From contig CAVWPA010000001.1 of the NCBI GenBank assembly GCA_963756875.1, forward strand, positions 1-64,000: DNA of 64,000 nucleotides, read 5' to 3'. Below are positions 12,978-26,024 of this stretch, piece after piece. The notes beneath the pieces are model-generated. The model was not told where the DNA came from and made no database searches. It saw only the letters and a list, made by a program, of their open reading frames with translations. The position numbers were made by a program, and so were the translations under genes. The DNA is from an uncultured Verrucomicrobiae bacterium. GTDB lineage: Bacteria; Verrucomicrobiota; Verrucomicrobiia; Chthoniobacterales; UBA10450. Position 1 is the stretch's first letter; each line of letters opens with the position of its first letter.

Positions 12978-15900
12978 ATGAATATCTGCCGACGAAATCC
13001 CCAAGCAGTACGACCAGGACGCCGCAGGACCGCTGGTACGCCTTTCTGGGAAGAGCAAGGCTACTTCCACGCCGAGCCGGACCCGAGCGGCAAGCCGCTA
13101 CTCGATCGTCATCCCGCCGCCGAACGTGACCGGCGCCCTGCACCTGGGGCACGCGCTGAACAACACGCTGCAGGACATCCTGATCCGCTGGCGGCGGATG
13201 CAGGGCTACAACGCCTCTGGATGCCCGGCACCGACCACGCCGGCATCGCCACCCAGGCGGTCGTCGAGCGGCGGCTGTTCGAGGAGGAGAAGAAGACCCG
13301 CCACGACCTCGGCCGCGAGGAGCTGGTCGAGCGGATCTGGGCGTGGAAGGACGAGTACGAGAAGCGCATCCTCGGCCAGCTCAGGCAGATGGGCTGCTCG
13401 TGCGACTGGGACCGGACCCGGTTCACGCTCGACGACGATCTGCGCCCGGGCCGTGCGGCAGACGTTCTTCAACCTGTTCAGGGACGGGCTGATCTATCCG
13501 CGGCAAGCGGCTGGTGAACTGGGACACCCACCTGCAGACCGCCGTGGCCGACGACGAGGTCTTCCACGAGACGGTCAAGGGGCACTTCTGGCACTTCAGG
13601 TATCCGGTGGTCGATCCCGAGCTCGGCGAGCCGAGTTCGTCACGATCGCCACCACGCGGCCCGAGACGATGCTCGGCGATACCGCCGTGGCCGTGCATCC
13701 CGACCCGCGCGGCGCGCTCGCGAAGGCGGAAGCGGAATTGAGCGAGAAGCTCGCCGAAAGCGCCGGCCAAAGAGAAAGCCGGGCATTCAGGCGCAGATCG
13801 ACGAGGCTCGCAGCGCGCCGGCACGACGAGATGCTGCCGCACGCTGGATCAAGCTCCGCGACATGGCGAAGCCGGCCGCAAGCTGCAGCTGCCGCTGACT
13901 GGACCGCGAGATTCCGCTCATCGCCGACGAGTGGGCCAAGCCGGAACTCGGCACCGGCTGCGTGAAGGTCACGCCGGCCCACGACCCCAACGACTACGAA
14001 GTGTGGCAGCGGCACCCGGAGATCTGCCGATGATCAACATCCTGAACCCCGACGGCACGCTCAACGAGAACGGCCCCGAAGTACCGCGGGCTCGACCATC
14101 GATAAGTCGCCCGCGAGGCGCGTGGTCGAGGATCTCGAGGCGCTGGGCCTGCTCGAAGACGGTCGAAGATCGCGAGATCGACCTCGCCCACAGCGACCGC
14201 AGCAAGACGCCGATCGAGCCGTACCTGTCGGACCAGTGGTTCGTGAAGATGGGCGACCACGACGACGGCACGCCCGGCCTCGCCCAGATGGCCATGGACG
14301 CCGTGACCGAGCGGCCGCGTGAAGATCATTCCCGAGCGCTACGCCAAGAGCTACCTCGACTGGCTCGGCGAGAAGCGCGACTGGTGCATCAGCCGGCAGC
14401 TCTGGTGGGGGCATCGGATACCGGTGTGGTACGTGACCAGATGCCGACCGAGACTATCGAAGCATCAAGCGTCGCGACTCGAACGGATCGTCGAGCTGGA
14501 TCGCCGACGGCGTCGCAGTTGAGACGCGCGTACGAGGACGAGCGACGATCGCGAGTATGCTGATCGGCGATTACGGCGACGACATGGATCTGCATTTGCG
14601 TCCGGGCACGACGACGATTGAGATCATCGAAGCTCGAGACAAGATCGGCTACGTTCGCAGGACCCCGACGTCCTCGACACCTGGTTCACCTCCGCCCTCT
14701 GGCCGCATCGCACGCTCGGCTGGCCGGAGCAGACGCCGGAGCTGGCGTACTGCTATCCGACGAGCGTGCTGATCACCAGCCGCGACATCATCACGCTCTG
14801 GGTGGCGCGGATGGTGATGACCGGGCTGTACAACATGGGCGAGGTGCCGTTCCGCGACGTCTACATCCACCCGAAGATCCTGGACGGCTACGGCGAGACG
14901 ATGACCAAGTCGAAGGGCAACGGCGTCGACCCGCTCGACATCATCGAGAAGTACGGGGCCGATGCCCTGCGTTACGGCCTGGTCTACCTGGCCACCGAGA
15001 CGCAGGACGTGCGGATGCCGGTGCGAGTTCGAATGCCCGCACTGCCAGACGCTCAATCGAGCAGACGAAGAAGAACCGCGAGCTGCCGCGCGATCGCGTG
15101 CCCGCAAGTGCGAGCAAGGAGTTCACCACGCAGTGGGCCGAGCAAGCCCGAGGACAACGCCCTGCCCCGCGGGCCGGTGGTGAGCGAGCGGTTCGAGTGG
15201 CGCCGCAATTTCTGCAACAAGCTGTGGAACGCCTCGCGATTCTCGCTGATCAATCTGGACGACTACACGCCCGCGCGGTGCACGAAGCCGAACTACCGTC
15301 GAAGACCGCTGGCTCCTCAGCCGCCTGGCGACGGTGACGCCAGAGGCGACCGAGGCGCTCGAAGCGTATCACTACGCCGATGCCGCCAAGGCGCTGTACG
15401 ACTTCGCCTGGGACGAGTTCTGCGGCTTCTACGTCGAGATCACCAAGGCTGCGGCTGCAAGACCCGAAGCCCTCGGCCACCGTGCAGCGGGTGCTCGCCC
15501 ACACGCTCGACATGCTCTTGCGGCTGTTGCATCCGATGATGCCGTTCATCACCGAAGAGATGTGGCAGCTCTTGGGCCAGGCTACCGCCGCAGCGCGGCC
15601 TGTCGTCTGCGAAATGCCGGCCGAGAGCATCATGATTTCCCCCTGGCCGAAGGCCAACCTGGCCGGCGAGACGAGCGGATCGAACAGCAGATGACCCGCT
15701 TTCAGGAAGTGCTCCGCGCGTGCGCGACATTCGCAGCCGGCAGAACCTGCCGACGAAGCAGTCGATCAATTTTGCGGTGCGTACGGACGCATCGACCGCC
15801 GAACTGCTCCGCCGCTGGCTCCGTACTTCGACCTGTTGGCCGCCGCCACGCCCACAGGCTTCGGCCCCCAGATGGAACCGCCAGCCCTATCTGCCACGGC

Positions 15901-16153
15901 CAGCTTGCCGGGCATCGACGTGCTGGTGGACCTGGCGGGCCTCATCAACGTGGAGGAAGAATTGGCTCGGCTCGACAAGGAGAAAGCGAAACTCGAGAAG
16001 CTGGTGGCCGGCAAACGCGGCAAACTGGCCAACGAGAACTTCGTGCGCAACGCGCCCGCCGAAGTGGTGGAGAAGGAGCGCGCGAGCCTGGCGGAGCTGA
16101 GCAGAACTTCCGGCGTGACAACGGCGCGAGAAAAGCTGCGGCAGGCAAGCTAA
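12978..16153 (+). CDS. valS: Valine--tRNA ligase, frameshifted
   Basis: [51 protein letters not shown]-terminal coiled coil [12 protein letters not shown]. Confidence 0.95.
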
Positions 16154-16288
16154 TCGCTGTCCGGTTCAATACATGCAATCAAGAAAGGAAATCGACAACG
16201 GGATATAATGCGAATGCAGCGGCGGTCTTCCAGGAATGGTCGAGGGCGGGTTGTATCAAGCGATAAACGTTGACGGCAGGAACCAGTC

Positions 16289-16692
16289 ATGCCCGTGCTC
16301 ATGGAACTTTCCCGCATCGTGATCAGCGAGATTAACGATCAGCAGGTGATTTACCTGCGCGAGGTGAACGGCGAGCGGCAGTTCCCGATATTGATTGGCA
16401 TTTACGAGGCGCACAGCATCGACCGCCGCGTGAAGAATTTTCAGTCGCCGCGGCCGCTGACGCACGACCTGATCGTGGCCACGGTCGACGCGATGGGGGG
16501 CGAACTGGACAGCGTCGTCATCAGCGAGCTGCGGAGCACACGTATTACGCCCGGCTACGCGTTAAGCAGAACGGCGAGATGGTGGAGATCGACTCGCGGC
16601 CTTCTGATGCGATTGCCGTGGCGGTGACGTGTTCGCCGCATTTGCCGATTTACGTGGCCGAGGACGTGCTCAACGACGTGCTCGACAATTAG
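16289..16692 (+). CDS. Bifunctional nuclease family (DUF151) protein, frameshifted
   Basis: [29 protein letters not shown] motifs. Confidence 0.88.
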
Positions 16693-19090
16693 CGGCCAAG
16701 TTGCTCCGCCAGCCAGGTGGCGGGCGACGCATGATCCGTGCCCAGCGCGAGAGCGTCCGTCGCCTTCGCAGCAGCGTAGGCCTTTTGGGCCAGCGGAAAC
16801 GCCGCCTTCGCGGCGTCGCCGGAAAGCGGTCGGGCGGCGCCGTCGAGCGGGCTGTCGATGGCCAAGGGACTCGGCGCCAGGGCCGCGGCAACGTCGTCAA
16901 CGTCGGCGACGTTCAAGAGCCCGGGAACGACGTCGGCCAGCGGCAGATAGACGAACGGACTTTGCAAGACGTCCTGGTAACTGGCCAAGCCTTGATGCGT
17001 GTAGACAGCCGCAAGGTGCTGATCCTCCAGCGCCAACAGGAGCGCGAGCGTGCCGCCCAGCGGCGCCAATTCGTGCGGGCGGTTTTCAATGCGCCGCGGC
17101 ACGCGCAGTTCACGTCGGGCGGATTCGTCGGCGCGAACGAGTCGCCCCACACGGCAACTCGCTTTGGGTCCACACCGTCGTGGCCACGCAGGTAGGCCAA
17201 TGCCATGGCAGCGTCGGCAAGTTGGCCGCCCAAGAGCGGCCGGTCGAGCATCAGCGACGTCGCCGCCAGCGAAGTCGTTTCGCTGTACTGGTCGCGGCGA
17301 CGGTCAGCGGCCGTCTCCCCCACGTCGCGAACGTCGACCAGGCAAACGACAACGCCGCCAGCCGCCGAGCCGGGCCAACTCATCGGCCCGGTGCTTCAAG
17401 AAACCCGCCTTGCCATCCTGGGCGAGGCAAAGCACGGCGGGGCAGCGGTGGTGGCCGCCTGCTTGGGAACGAGCAGCAACATGGGCACGGAGATACCGTC
17501 GCGGGACTGGAGCACCACTCGCTCTACGTTTGCGCCGGCCGCTTCCAGCGGCGCGGCGTTCGCGCTGGCCGATCTTCGGCTGCGGCGAAGCATCGAAGCC
17601 GCCCAGGCAGCGAGCAAGTTCGTCGCGCAGCGATGACGCGGCCTCGTCGGCATGCTCGCTGCGCTTGGCTCCCGCGCCGGCAAGACGACTGGCTTCGCGC
17701 GGGCGGCGAGCAGCTCACTGCCGCCTTGGGATGATGCCGCTCGGCGGCCTCGGGCGTGAGGGGCTGCCAATTCGCCCGCCGAAAACGGATGACTGTACTC
17801 GCCGGCCTCGATGCCGAACCAGCTTCTCGAACAGCGGGATGGATCATGCTGGCGATGGAACGGGCCGATGTTGTTGCAGTGCGACGCTCCGGCGGCGTGC
17901 CCTTGAGCAGGCCCTTGCCGTGCGCAACGCCGAGGTGGTCGGCGGCGTCGTAGAATCGCCCCAGATCTTCTGATAGCGCTTCCAGACCGGGTCGTGTCGC
18001 CGTCCCAGGAGAACTCGTGGCCGTGGATCAGCTGCCGCGGCGCGACGCTGGCGACGATGACCCAGTGAGCGAAGTCGTCGCGGCCGCCGAGCCGCAGGTT
18101 GCGCGTCGATTCCCAGACTGCCGCCGCCGGTAGTTGAAACTGCGTCTCGGCGTCGTCGGGCAGCGGATAGCGTGTCTCCGGCTGCGGGCCGCCGAAGTTG
18201 AACGGCACGACAGCACGTGATCCGCGGGTCGAGGGCCGCCGTCACCGCCGCCGGGTCGCCGCCGCCGGCGACCGCGCCCAGCAGGATGATCGCGCTCCGG
18301 GTCGATGCCCGGTCTGCGCCAGCAGCACATCGACGCCGCGCATCAGGTCCCAGGCCATCCAGCCCATCAGGCTGTCGCCGACCAGGTGCAGCTGCAGCCG
18401 GTGTCGTAGCGGAAGTAGTAGTCCTGCCGGCCGACCCGGAACGGGTTGCGGATAGTCGGCTTGGCGGTGCGGAACGGATGCTGCCGCCGTTCGCCGTGGC
18501 CGAGGTGGTCGGTGACCAGCACCATGCAGCCGCCGCGGGCCCAGGTCATGCCCATGTCCTGCAGCTCGCCCTGGGTCTTGGGGTTGTGGTGGCTGTGCGC
18601 GATCAGGATGCCCGGCACCTACTCGCGGCTCGGCGGGGCGGTACAGATTGGCCGTCACCCACCAGCCGGGCCGCGACTCGTACATCAGTTTCTGGATGAT
18701 GAAGCCGTCGCCATCCAGTTTGCCCGTGACATCGATGTCCATGTGCTTCGGTGCTTCAGGCCACGTTCCTAGCGACTGCCGCAAAGCGGCGAGCACCTTC
18801 TCGCGGCGTGCGGCCCACGCCTCGCGCGTCTTGATCTCGTGCCACATGTGACTGCACGATTCATTCGCCGCGTGCAGCCCGCGAGAGCATTTCCTCGAGT
18901 CGCGTCGTGGCCCTTGGCGCGCTCGTTGTCGGCAAACACGTTGCTCGGCAGGGGCGGCCAGGGCCTTCGCCACGGCCGCTGCATCGTCGGTCTTTTCGGC
19001 GGCCGATAGTGACGGTCCCGTCAAACCCAACAGCAGCAGCAAAGCAGCCAAAGCAAAGGGTCGTCGCAGCAGTCGGGTGTGAACGCTCAT
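16689..19090 (-). CDS. Secreted alpha/beta hydrolase (acetyl xylan esterase-like, two hydrolase domains), frameshifted
   Basis: Signal peptide; [51 protein letters not shown]. Confidence 0.75.
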
Positions 19091-19296
19091 GCGAGTCTCC
19101 TTGAGGTTTGCGGTGTTGGGGCGTGAAACCGATTCGGGCCCAAAAGAAAAAGCCCGTCTTCGCGGGGGACGAAAAAAGATTTTACACGGATCAGTGCGTT
19201 TGATACAATCGGTCTGGCCATTTCGGAATTTGCCGTTGGGCCACGCCGAATGTTCCCACCCGCGCTACCTCCATCCCCTGGATTGGATCATTCCCA

Positions 19297-20974
19297 TGCT
19301 GCGCCGGCGACCTCCTTACCGCTGTTGGATCGTGGCACTGTCGGCCGGCTTGACAACCTATATGTGCCTCGTCGGGCCAACGTCGTTCGCGCGGCGGAGG
19401 ACGCACTGCGCGACGTGATCGATCGCCGTATCGCCGATAACTGGAAGGCCAACAACATTCAGCCGGCTCCGGCTTCGACGATGCCGAGTTTCTCCGCCGC
19501 GTGTATCTCGACTTGTGCGGCATCATTCCCACCTACGACGAGGCCATGGCGTTTCTCGACGACGCGGCACCCGACAAGCGGACCCGGCTGATCGACCGGC
19601 TGCTCGCCGATCCGCGCTACGCCCAGCATCAGGCCGACGTCTGGGACATGATGCTGTTCGGCCGCAATCCGCCCGGCTACGACGCCGACAAGCGGCCGGG
19701 CTTCCAGCACTGGCTGCGCGACGCAGTTCGCCAAGAACACGGCCCTACGACCAGATGGGTCGGCGAGCTGCTGCAAGGCCGAAGGGAACACGCGTCGAGC
19801 AAGGCGCCGCCGATGTTCTACGTGCAATACAAGAACCAGCCGGAAGACGCCACGAGGCGATCACGCAGACGTTTCTCGGCGTGCAATTGCAATGTGCCCG
19901 CTGCCACGATCATCCGTTCGAGACCTGGACGCAGCTCGACTTCTACGGCATGGCGGCGTTCCTCGCCCGGCTGCGAAGTGGTGACAGTCGGCAAGAAGGA
20001 CAAGCTCAGAACAATGTACGCGATCGGCGAGAAGAACAGCGGCGACATGCTCTTCACCGGCCCGGCGAAGAACAGCAGCCGGGCAAAAAGGGCGAGCCGG
20101 TGAAGCCCGAAGTTCCTGCTCGGCGACGCGCTCGACGAACCGCCGCTGCCCGAGGGCTTCAAGGAGGCGAAGTTCGAGAGCGAACAAGCCGCCGCCGAAG
20201 CCGAAGTTCTCGCGCAAGGATCCACTGGCCGACTGGATCACCGCGGCCGACAACCCGTACTTCGCCCGGGCCGTCGCCAACCGCGTCTGGGCCCAGTTCA
20301 TGGGCCGCGGCCTCGTGCATCCGGTCGACAACATGAGCGAGTCGAACACGCCGAGCCATCCCGAATTGCTCGACGAATCTGACGCAGGCGCTCGTCGAGC
20401 ACAAGTTCGACCTGAAATGGTACATCCGCGAACTGGTCAACAGCCAGACGTATCAGCTCGTCGTCGACGGGCCGCCGTGGCCGACGCGCTGCCGCAGTGG
20501 TTCGAGCGCGCCCGCACGCGGCCGCTTTCGGCCGAGGAATTGGTCGAAGCGTGGCGCGTGGCGACGGACTATGCCGCGACCGATCGAAGACGGCAAGCGA
20601 GCAAAACGCCAAGAGGCGAGCGCTTCTATCGGCCGCTCGGCGGCTACATGATGCGGTTCTTCGGCACGCCGAACAACGGCGTCGGCGATTTCAGGGCGGC
20701 TTGCACGAGCACTTGTACTTGAACAACGGCGGCATCGACCGGCTGTTCACCAGCGGCAGGGCGAGCCTGCTGCGCACGCTGATCGATACGCAAGGACCCG
20801 CCCGAGAGCGCGCGTCGACGCTGTTCCTGTCGATCGCTCAACCGGCGGCCCAGCGCCGGAGGAACGCGAGAAGTTCGTCGCATATCTCTCGGCGGCGACG
20901 ACAAGCCTCGCGAGCGCGTGCAGGAAGCCATCTGGGCGCTGATGACCTGCAGCGAATTCCGCTTCAACCATTGA
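19297..20974 (+). CDS. DUF1549/DUF1553 domain protein, frameshifted
   Basis: FLRRVYLDLCGIIP, FLGVQLQCARCHDHPF, NPYFARAVANRVW, PSHPELLD, C-terminal EFRFNH. Confidence 0.88.
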
Positions 20975-21018
20975 TCGATTCGCCGGCACGCGCATAGCCC
21001 AACGCGTTGCCCGCAACC

Positions 21019-22351
21019 ATGTTCTGCAATCACCGTCTGTCTGACCCGGCACAACGGAGCACTTGCCATGCATTGCCCAAGGCACGAACACTTTCCCGCC
21101 GCGCGCTGCTCAAGGGCACGCTGGCCACGGCGGCCGGCGGCGTGGTGATGAACTGGGGCGGCCTGACCAGCACCGCCGGCGCTGGCCGACGAAGTCGAGC
21201 AAGAAGCAGAAGCACTGCATCCTGCTGTGGATGAACGGCGGCGCCAGCCAGTTCGAAACGTTCGACATGAAGCTCGGCCGGCCGACCGGCGGACCGTTCC
21301 GCCCGATCTCGACCAACGTGCCCGGCACGCAGATCTGCGAGCTGATGCCGACAGATGGCCCAGCAGATGGACAAGATCGCCGTCATCCGCTCGATGCAGA
21401 CTTCGCAGATCGATCATCCCGGGCGGCATCTACCTGATGCACACCGGCTATCGCCCCGCGGCCAACGTGCGGTTTCCCGAGATCGGCGCGATCGTCGCCA
21501 AGTATCTAGGGCAGCGAGGACGCCGACCTGCCGGACTTCATCAAGATTTCGTCGCAACGGCGACGCCGGGCAGCGGCTTCCTCGGGCCGAAGTACCAGCC
21601 GTTCAGCATCGGCCACGACGGCAGCCTGCCGCCGTTCTCCGCAGCTCGACTGGAGCCCGCGTCGGAAACGCGGCGGCACGAGCTGCGCGCGTTCGCTGGA
21701 AGACACTTCGCGCGCAACGAGCACCAGGCCGAAACGGCCCGCATGCATCGCGAGGCGTACGAGGCGGCCCGCCGGCTGCAGAACGCGCGCGGCGTGTTCA
21801 AGATCGACGACGAATGGGCCAAGTATCGCAGAACTTGTACGGCGACAGCGCGTTCGGCCGCCGCTGCCTGCTGGCCCGGCGAGCTGGTCGAGGCGGGCGT
21901 GCCGTTCGTCGAGGTCGGCCAGAGCAGCTACGACTCGCACGCCGACAATTTCACTGGCACAAAGGCCTGGTGCCGCCGATGGAACATGCCTGGGCCGGCC
22001 TGCTCGACCGATCTCGAGCAACGCGGCCTGCTCGACAAGACGCTGGTCGTCTGGATGGGCGAGATCGGCCGCACGCCGCAGCATCAACAACCGCGCCGGC
22101 CGCGACCATTACGTGCGCTGCTGGACCACCGCCCTGGCCGGCTGCGGCGTGAAAGGCGGGCTGGTGTACGGCGAGACCGACGAGGACGGCGTCGACGTGA
22201 AGGACAACCCGGTCACCGAAGGCGATTTCTTCGCCACGATCTACAAGCCGCTCTGGGCGTCAGACCCGACGACCGAAAACTACGCCGGCTCGCGCCCGAT
22301 GCCGCTCGCGCCGTTCGGTTCGAAGGTGGTCGAGGACGCTGTTGGCCGTGA
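21019..22351 (+). CDS. DUF1501 domain protein (Tat-like N-terminus), frameshifted
   Basis: LSRRALLK, ILLWMNGGASQFETFD, FGRRCLLAR, TLVVWMGEIGRTP motifs. Confidence 0.88.
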
Positions 22352-22407
22352 CGATGCACGACGGCACGTGCGACGGCCCCGCCGCACGCGGCACAAGGAA
22401 TTGAATC

Positions 22408-23628
22408 ATGCCACGAGTTCACATCAACCGAAACACTTCAAGCTCACGCGGGCAGCTCACGTTCGAAGGCGCCTGGCCGACGGCCGTGGCTTTCACGAGC
22501 GACGACAAGCTCGTCGCCGGCAATGAAGACGGCCAGTTCTCGTGTGGGATCTCACGCACGAGGCCGTCGAACTTACGGACGACGAAAAAAAGAACTCGGA
22601 GGTCAAGGACCGGCAGCCGAACATCCGCCCGTGCGGCAGCTCAACGGGCACACCAACGGCGTGACGCGATTGCTGGTGGCCGACGGACGGCAAGACGCTC
22701 GATTTCCGCCAGTCTCGACCACACCATTGCCCTGTGGGACACCACCGCGTCTGCCAGCGGCAAAGTCGAGATCGTGCTCGACGGCGACCTGCGTCGCCGC
22801 CGCACGCGCTATCGCGAGAAGGAAAAGGACGCCATCCAGCGGCCCGGCATGAAAGTCGAAACGCAAGGCCCGACTGCGGGTACTCCAGGGACATGGCGAC
22901 TGGGTAGTGCGCTCGGCCTTTCGGCCGCGACGGCTACGCGGCTGGTCACCGGCGACGACAGCAACGTGACCATCGCCTGGGACTTCGCCCGCGGAAGGAA
23001 ATCACGCGCTGGAAGCGGCCACAAAATGTGCGGCGTCGTTTCGGCGGCCGTCAGCCCCGACGGCAAGAAGTGCTTCGTCGCCGAACATCGCATGCCGCCG
23101 CGGCGACTTCGACCGCCCGCCCGCGCAGGCCAGCCTTTTCGAAGTCGGCGACCGGCGCAGAGCTCATCGACCTGCTGGTGGTACAGTTCCCCAACGTAAA
23201 GGTCCGCGACAACTCCTACGGCTACGGCGAGAAGTGGAGAAATTGGTCGGCAACGGTTTCGTGGCGTCGGCCTTCTCGCCCGACGGCAAGCTGCTCGCCG
23301 TCGGCCAGGGCGGCGAAATCGACAGCGGCAAGGTGCACTTGATCGACATCGAAACCGGCAAGGTTGTCCGCACCGTCGCCGGGCATCAATACGGCGCCTG
23401 ACCGACTTGAAATTCTCGGCCGACGGCAAGTACGTCCTCTCCACCGGCCGCGACACCACGCTGCGAATCTGCGCAGTTGAGCGACGGCAAGGAAGTCGCC
23501 AACCTCGGCTAGCCGCGCGGCGGCCAGTTCAAGGACTGGTTCTTCGCCGTCGACACTCTCGCCGGACCAGAACTCGCCTCGCCGCCACCGACATCGCCGG
23601 CGTCGTTCACGTGTGGGAACAGGCCTGA
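22408..23628 (+). CDS. WD40-repeat protein, frameshifted
   Basis: GHTNGV, SASLDHTIALWD, FSPDGK, STGRDTTLRI, VHVWE repeats. Confidence 0.8.
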
Positions 23629-23788
23629 CATATCGTTCTCCTTCTTCAGTGCACCGCGGCCGGCTCGTTTGGCCCCTCGTGTGCCACGGCCGGCTTGTCC
23701 GGCCGTGAATGTGTTTTCCATGAGTGGACGCACTCCGCTTCGCACGGCGGGCGGGGCCGCTGTGGCACACGGGCTGGTCCGCGCGGGT

Positions 23789-24095
23789 TCACTTCGCCCC
23801 CTTCGCCGCCGATTCCGCATCGGCTTCGTCCGCTTGCCCCCCTGCTCTCTCAAGCGCACGCCAGGCATGGCTGCCAGGCTAGTGCGCCGCACGTCGGGCA
23901 GCGCCGGGGCGGGCCGGTGAATACGGGGTTGTCGACTTCGTAGAGCGTGTCGCACAAGAGGAGGTCGCTCCGCGGTTCGTTCTTCAGCACGCTCCGCACC
24001 GTCTGCGTGCGAGCGCGTTCTCGCGAAATCTGCCGCTGCGAATAGCCCGTTTTCGCGAGCTCCTTGATGCGTTCCACCTGTCGCGACGTCAGCAT
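23789..24095 (-). CDS. Small HTH protein with C-terminal CxxC...CxxC motif
   Basis: [17 protein letters not shown] helix-turn-helix-like segment; RCPTCG...PCLAC; 3' end uncertain. Confidence 0.6.
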
Positions 24096-24266
24096 GTGCT
24101 GCCCCCCTGTGCAAATTCGATCCCCTTGGCCCCGTCCCGCGCTATCGCAAAATCCCTTGAAAAACCCGCACTAGGCCGCCCTCTGCGGCGTGAGCTATGC
24201 TTTTTCAAGCGAGTTCATTTCGCCCCGCCCTGCTTCGTTCCCGCCGACGTTTTCCTCCCGCGCCAC

Positions 24267-25047
24267 ATGACCTGGTTCGACATCACCGTTCTCGCCGTCG
24301 TCCAGGGCATCGCCGAGTTCCTGCCGGTCAGCTCGTCGGGCCACCTGGTGATTCTCACGCGCCGTTGGGCGTGAAGTCGGACATCACCGACGTCAGCATC
24401 GTGCTGCACTTCGGCACGCTCGCATCGATCCTCGGTGATCTACTTCCGCCGCGTGCTGCGCGCTGTTGTTTGAGGACCGCCGCATGGCGGGCCTGTTGAT
24501 CCTCGCCACCGTGCCGGCGGCCATCGTCGGCCTGACGATCAAGTGGTATTTCAAAGCATCGATTGAATCGCCCCTCTTGGCCGGCGCCATGCTGCCCATC
24601 ACCGGCCTGATGCTGTTGTGCACGCCGCTCATCAAGGAAGGCAAAACGCCCTACACGGCCCTGTCGTGGCCGCGGGCCCTCATCGTCGGCGCCGTGCAGG
24701 CCGTGGCGATTCTGCCCGGCATTTCGCGCAGCGGGTCGACCATCACCGCGGGCCTGGGCGTGGGCTTGTCGCGAATCGGCCGCGACGTTCTCGTTCCTGT
24801 TGGCCATTCCGGCCATCCTCGCGCGAGCGTGTTGGAGCTGAAGGACCTCTTGCACGGCCAGACCGTGACCACGCCGCCTGAGATGCTCGTGTACGGCGCC
24901 GTGTTGTCGTTCGTGATCGGCGTGGTGTCGCTGTGGTGGCTCATTCGCATCGTCGAACACGGCCGGCTGTTCTGGTTTGCCCTGTGGTGCATCCCGGTCG
25001 GCCTGGCCACGGTCGCCTGGCAGCTCTGGCCGCTCATCCACGGCTGA
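24267..25047 (+). CDS. uppP: Undecaprenyl-diphosphate phosphatase, frameshifted
   Basis: [15 protein letters not shown] and [10 protein letters not shown] signature motifs. Confidence 0.92.
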
Positions 25048-25325
25048 GCGCCTCGGCCCGCGGCCCTATGGCACCACCCGCCAGCGGCTGACACGCCACA
25101 GCGCCTCGCCGCCGCCAGTTGCGTCGACGCCGCCTGCGAAACGTCACTATTGACGGACATCGCCGCTTCGCCCCCGGCCATTTCCGTAACTCCTTATTTC
25201 TCGTCCCGCAAACTCGACTCTGTTTACCCATCCATCCACATGAACCCGCCCCGCATGTCAGTTTGCGGGGGTGAATGTCAGCTTTTGACATGCACGCTGA
25301 CATGCGCCGCGCCAACCGGGAGATG

Positions 25326-25432
25326 CAATGACCAAATCCCAATGACCAATGTTCAATTTCCGTCGCATCGCTGCGATTCGGTCTCCGAGTCTCCCCGTCC
25401 CTCCTTCTCTCCGTCCCGCTCCCCTCGCCCCT
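25326..25432. repeat. Left arms of a nested inverted-repeat pair (CAATGAC heptamer ladder, then CTCCCCGT-type ladder)
   Basis: Complementary to 27161-27290. Confidence 0.6.
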
Positions 25433-25645
25433 ACCTATATAGACGCTCAGGCCGTGACACCTCTGGTCACGCGGCCCGGAAAAATTTTTGCCTGGCGAAG
25501 GTCGAATTCCGACGGTGTTGGCAGGCCGCTGCCGGGGCAATCGTCCAACGTGACAGGCTTCGCGACGCGGGCGTAGCATGCGCGGCCGTCGCCGTCGCTT
25601 GCCCGTGAGGGAGTCGCGGCTGCTTCCCCCTCCCAGGAGCCCGTT

Positions 25646-25848
25646 ATGAACCGCTCGTCGTTCGTCGTGGCGGCGAACAGCGCGTGGCGCTGCTCTTTCC
25701 CGCCGTCGCGTTCAGCCAGGCCGGCTCCGCCCCGTCGGCCAAGATCACCCGCTTCGCCAGCCTCACCGTCAGTGCCGCCCGCGGCCCCGCCGACGACACC
25801 ATCGAATTCCGCGACGTCCCGGCCACGAAGGCGAAGAAAGCGGAATAG
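25646..25848 (+). CDS. Small hypothetical protein, probably frameshifted
   Basis: AGGAG RBS before ATG; high-GC3 frame ending ...DDTIEFRDVPATKAKKAE*. Confidence 0.35.
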
Positions 25849-26024
25849 ATGCGGGACGTGGGCGAGCGATGAAGCGAATCGCCGCGTTGCGACGCTTCGT
25901 CCATCTGGCGGTTCCACCAGTGCGCGGTTTATGGCGGCTCCGGGGTGGTCCGTCGCGGCGAATTGGCTTATGTTCGCGAAGTTGGGGTTCGCCGTGAATC
26001 TTTATTTGCGAAAGAGGCCGCCGC

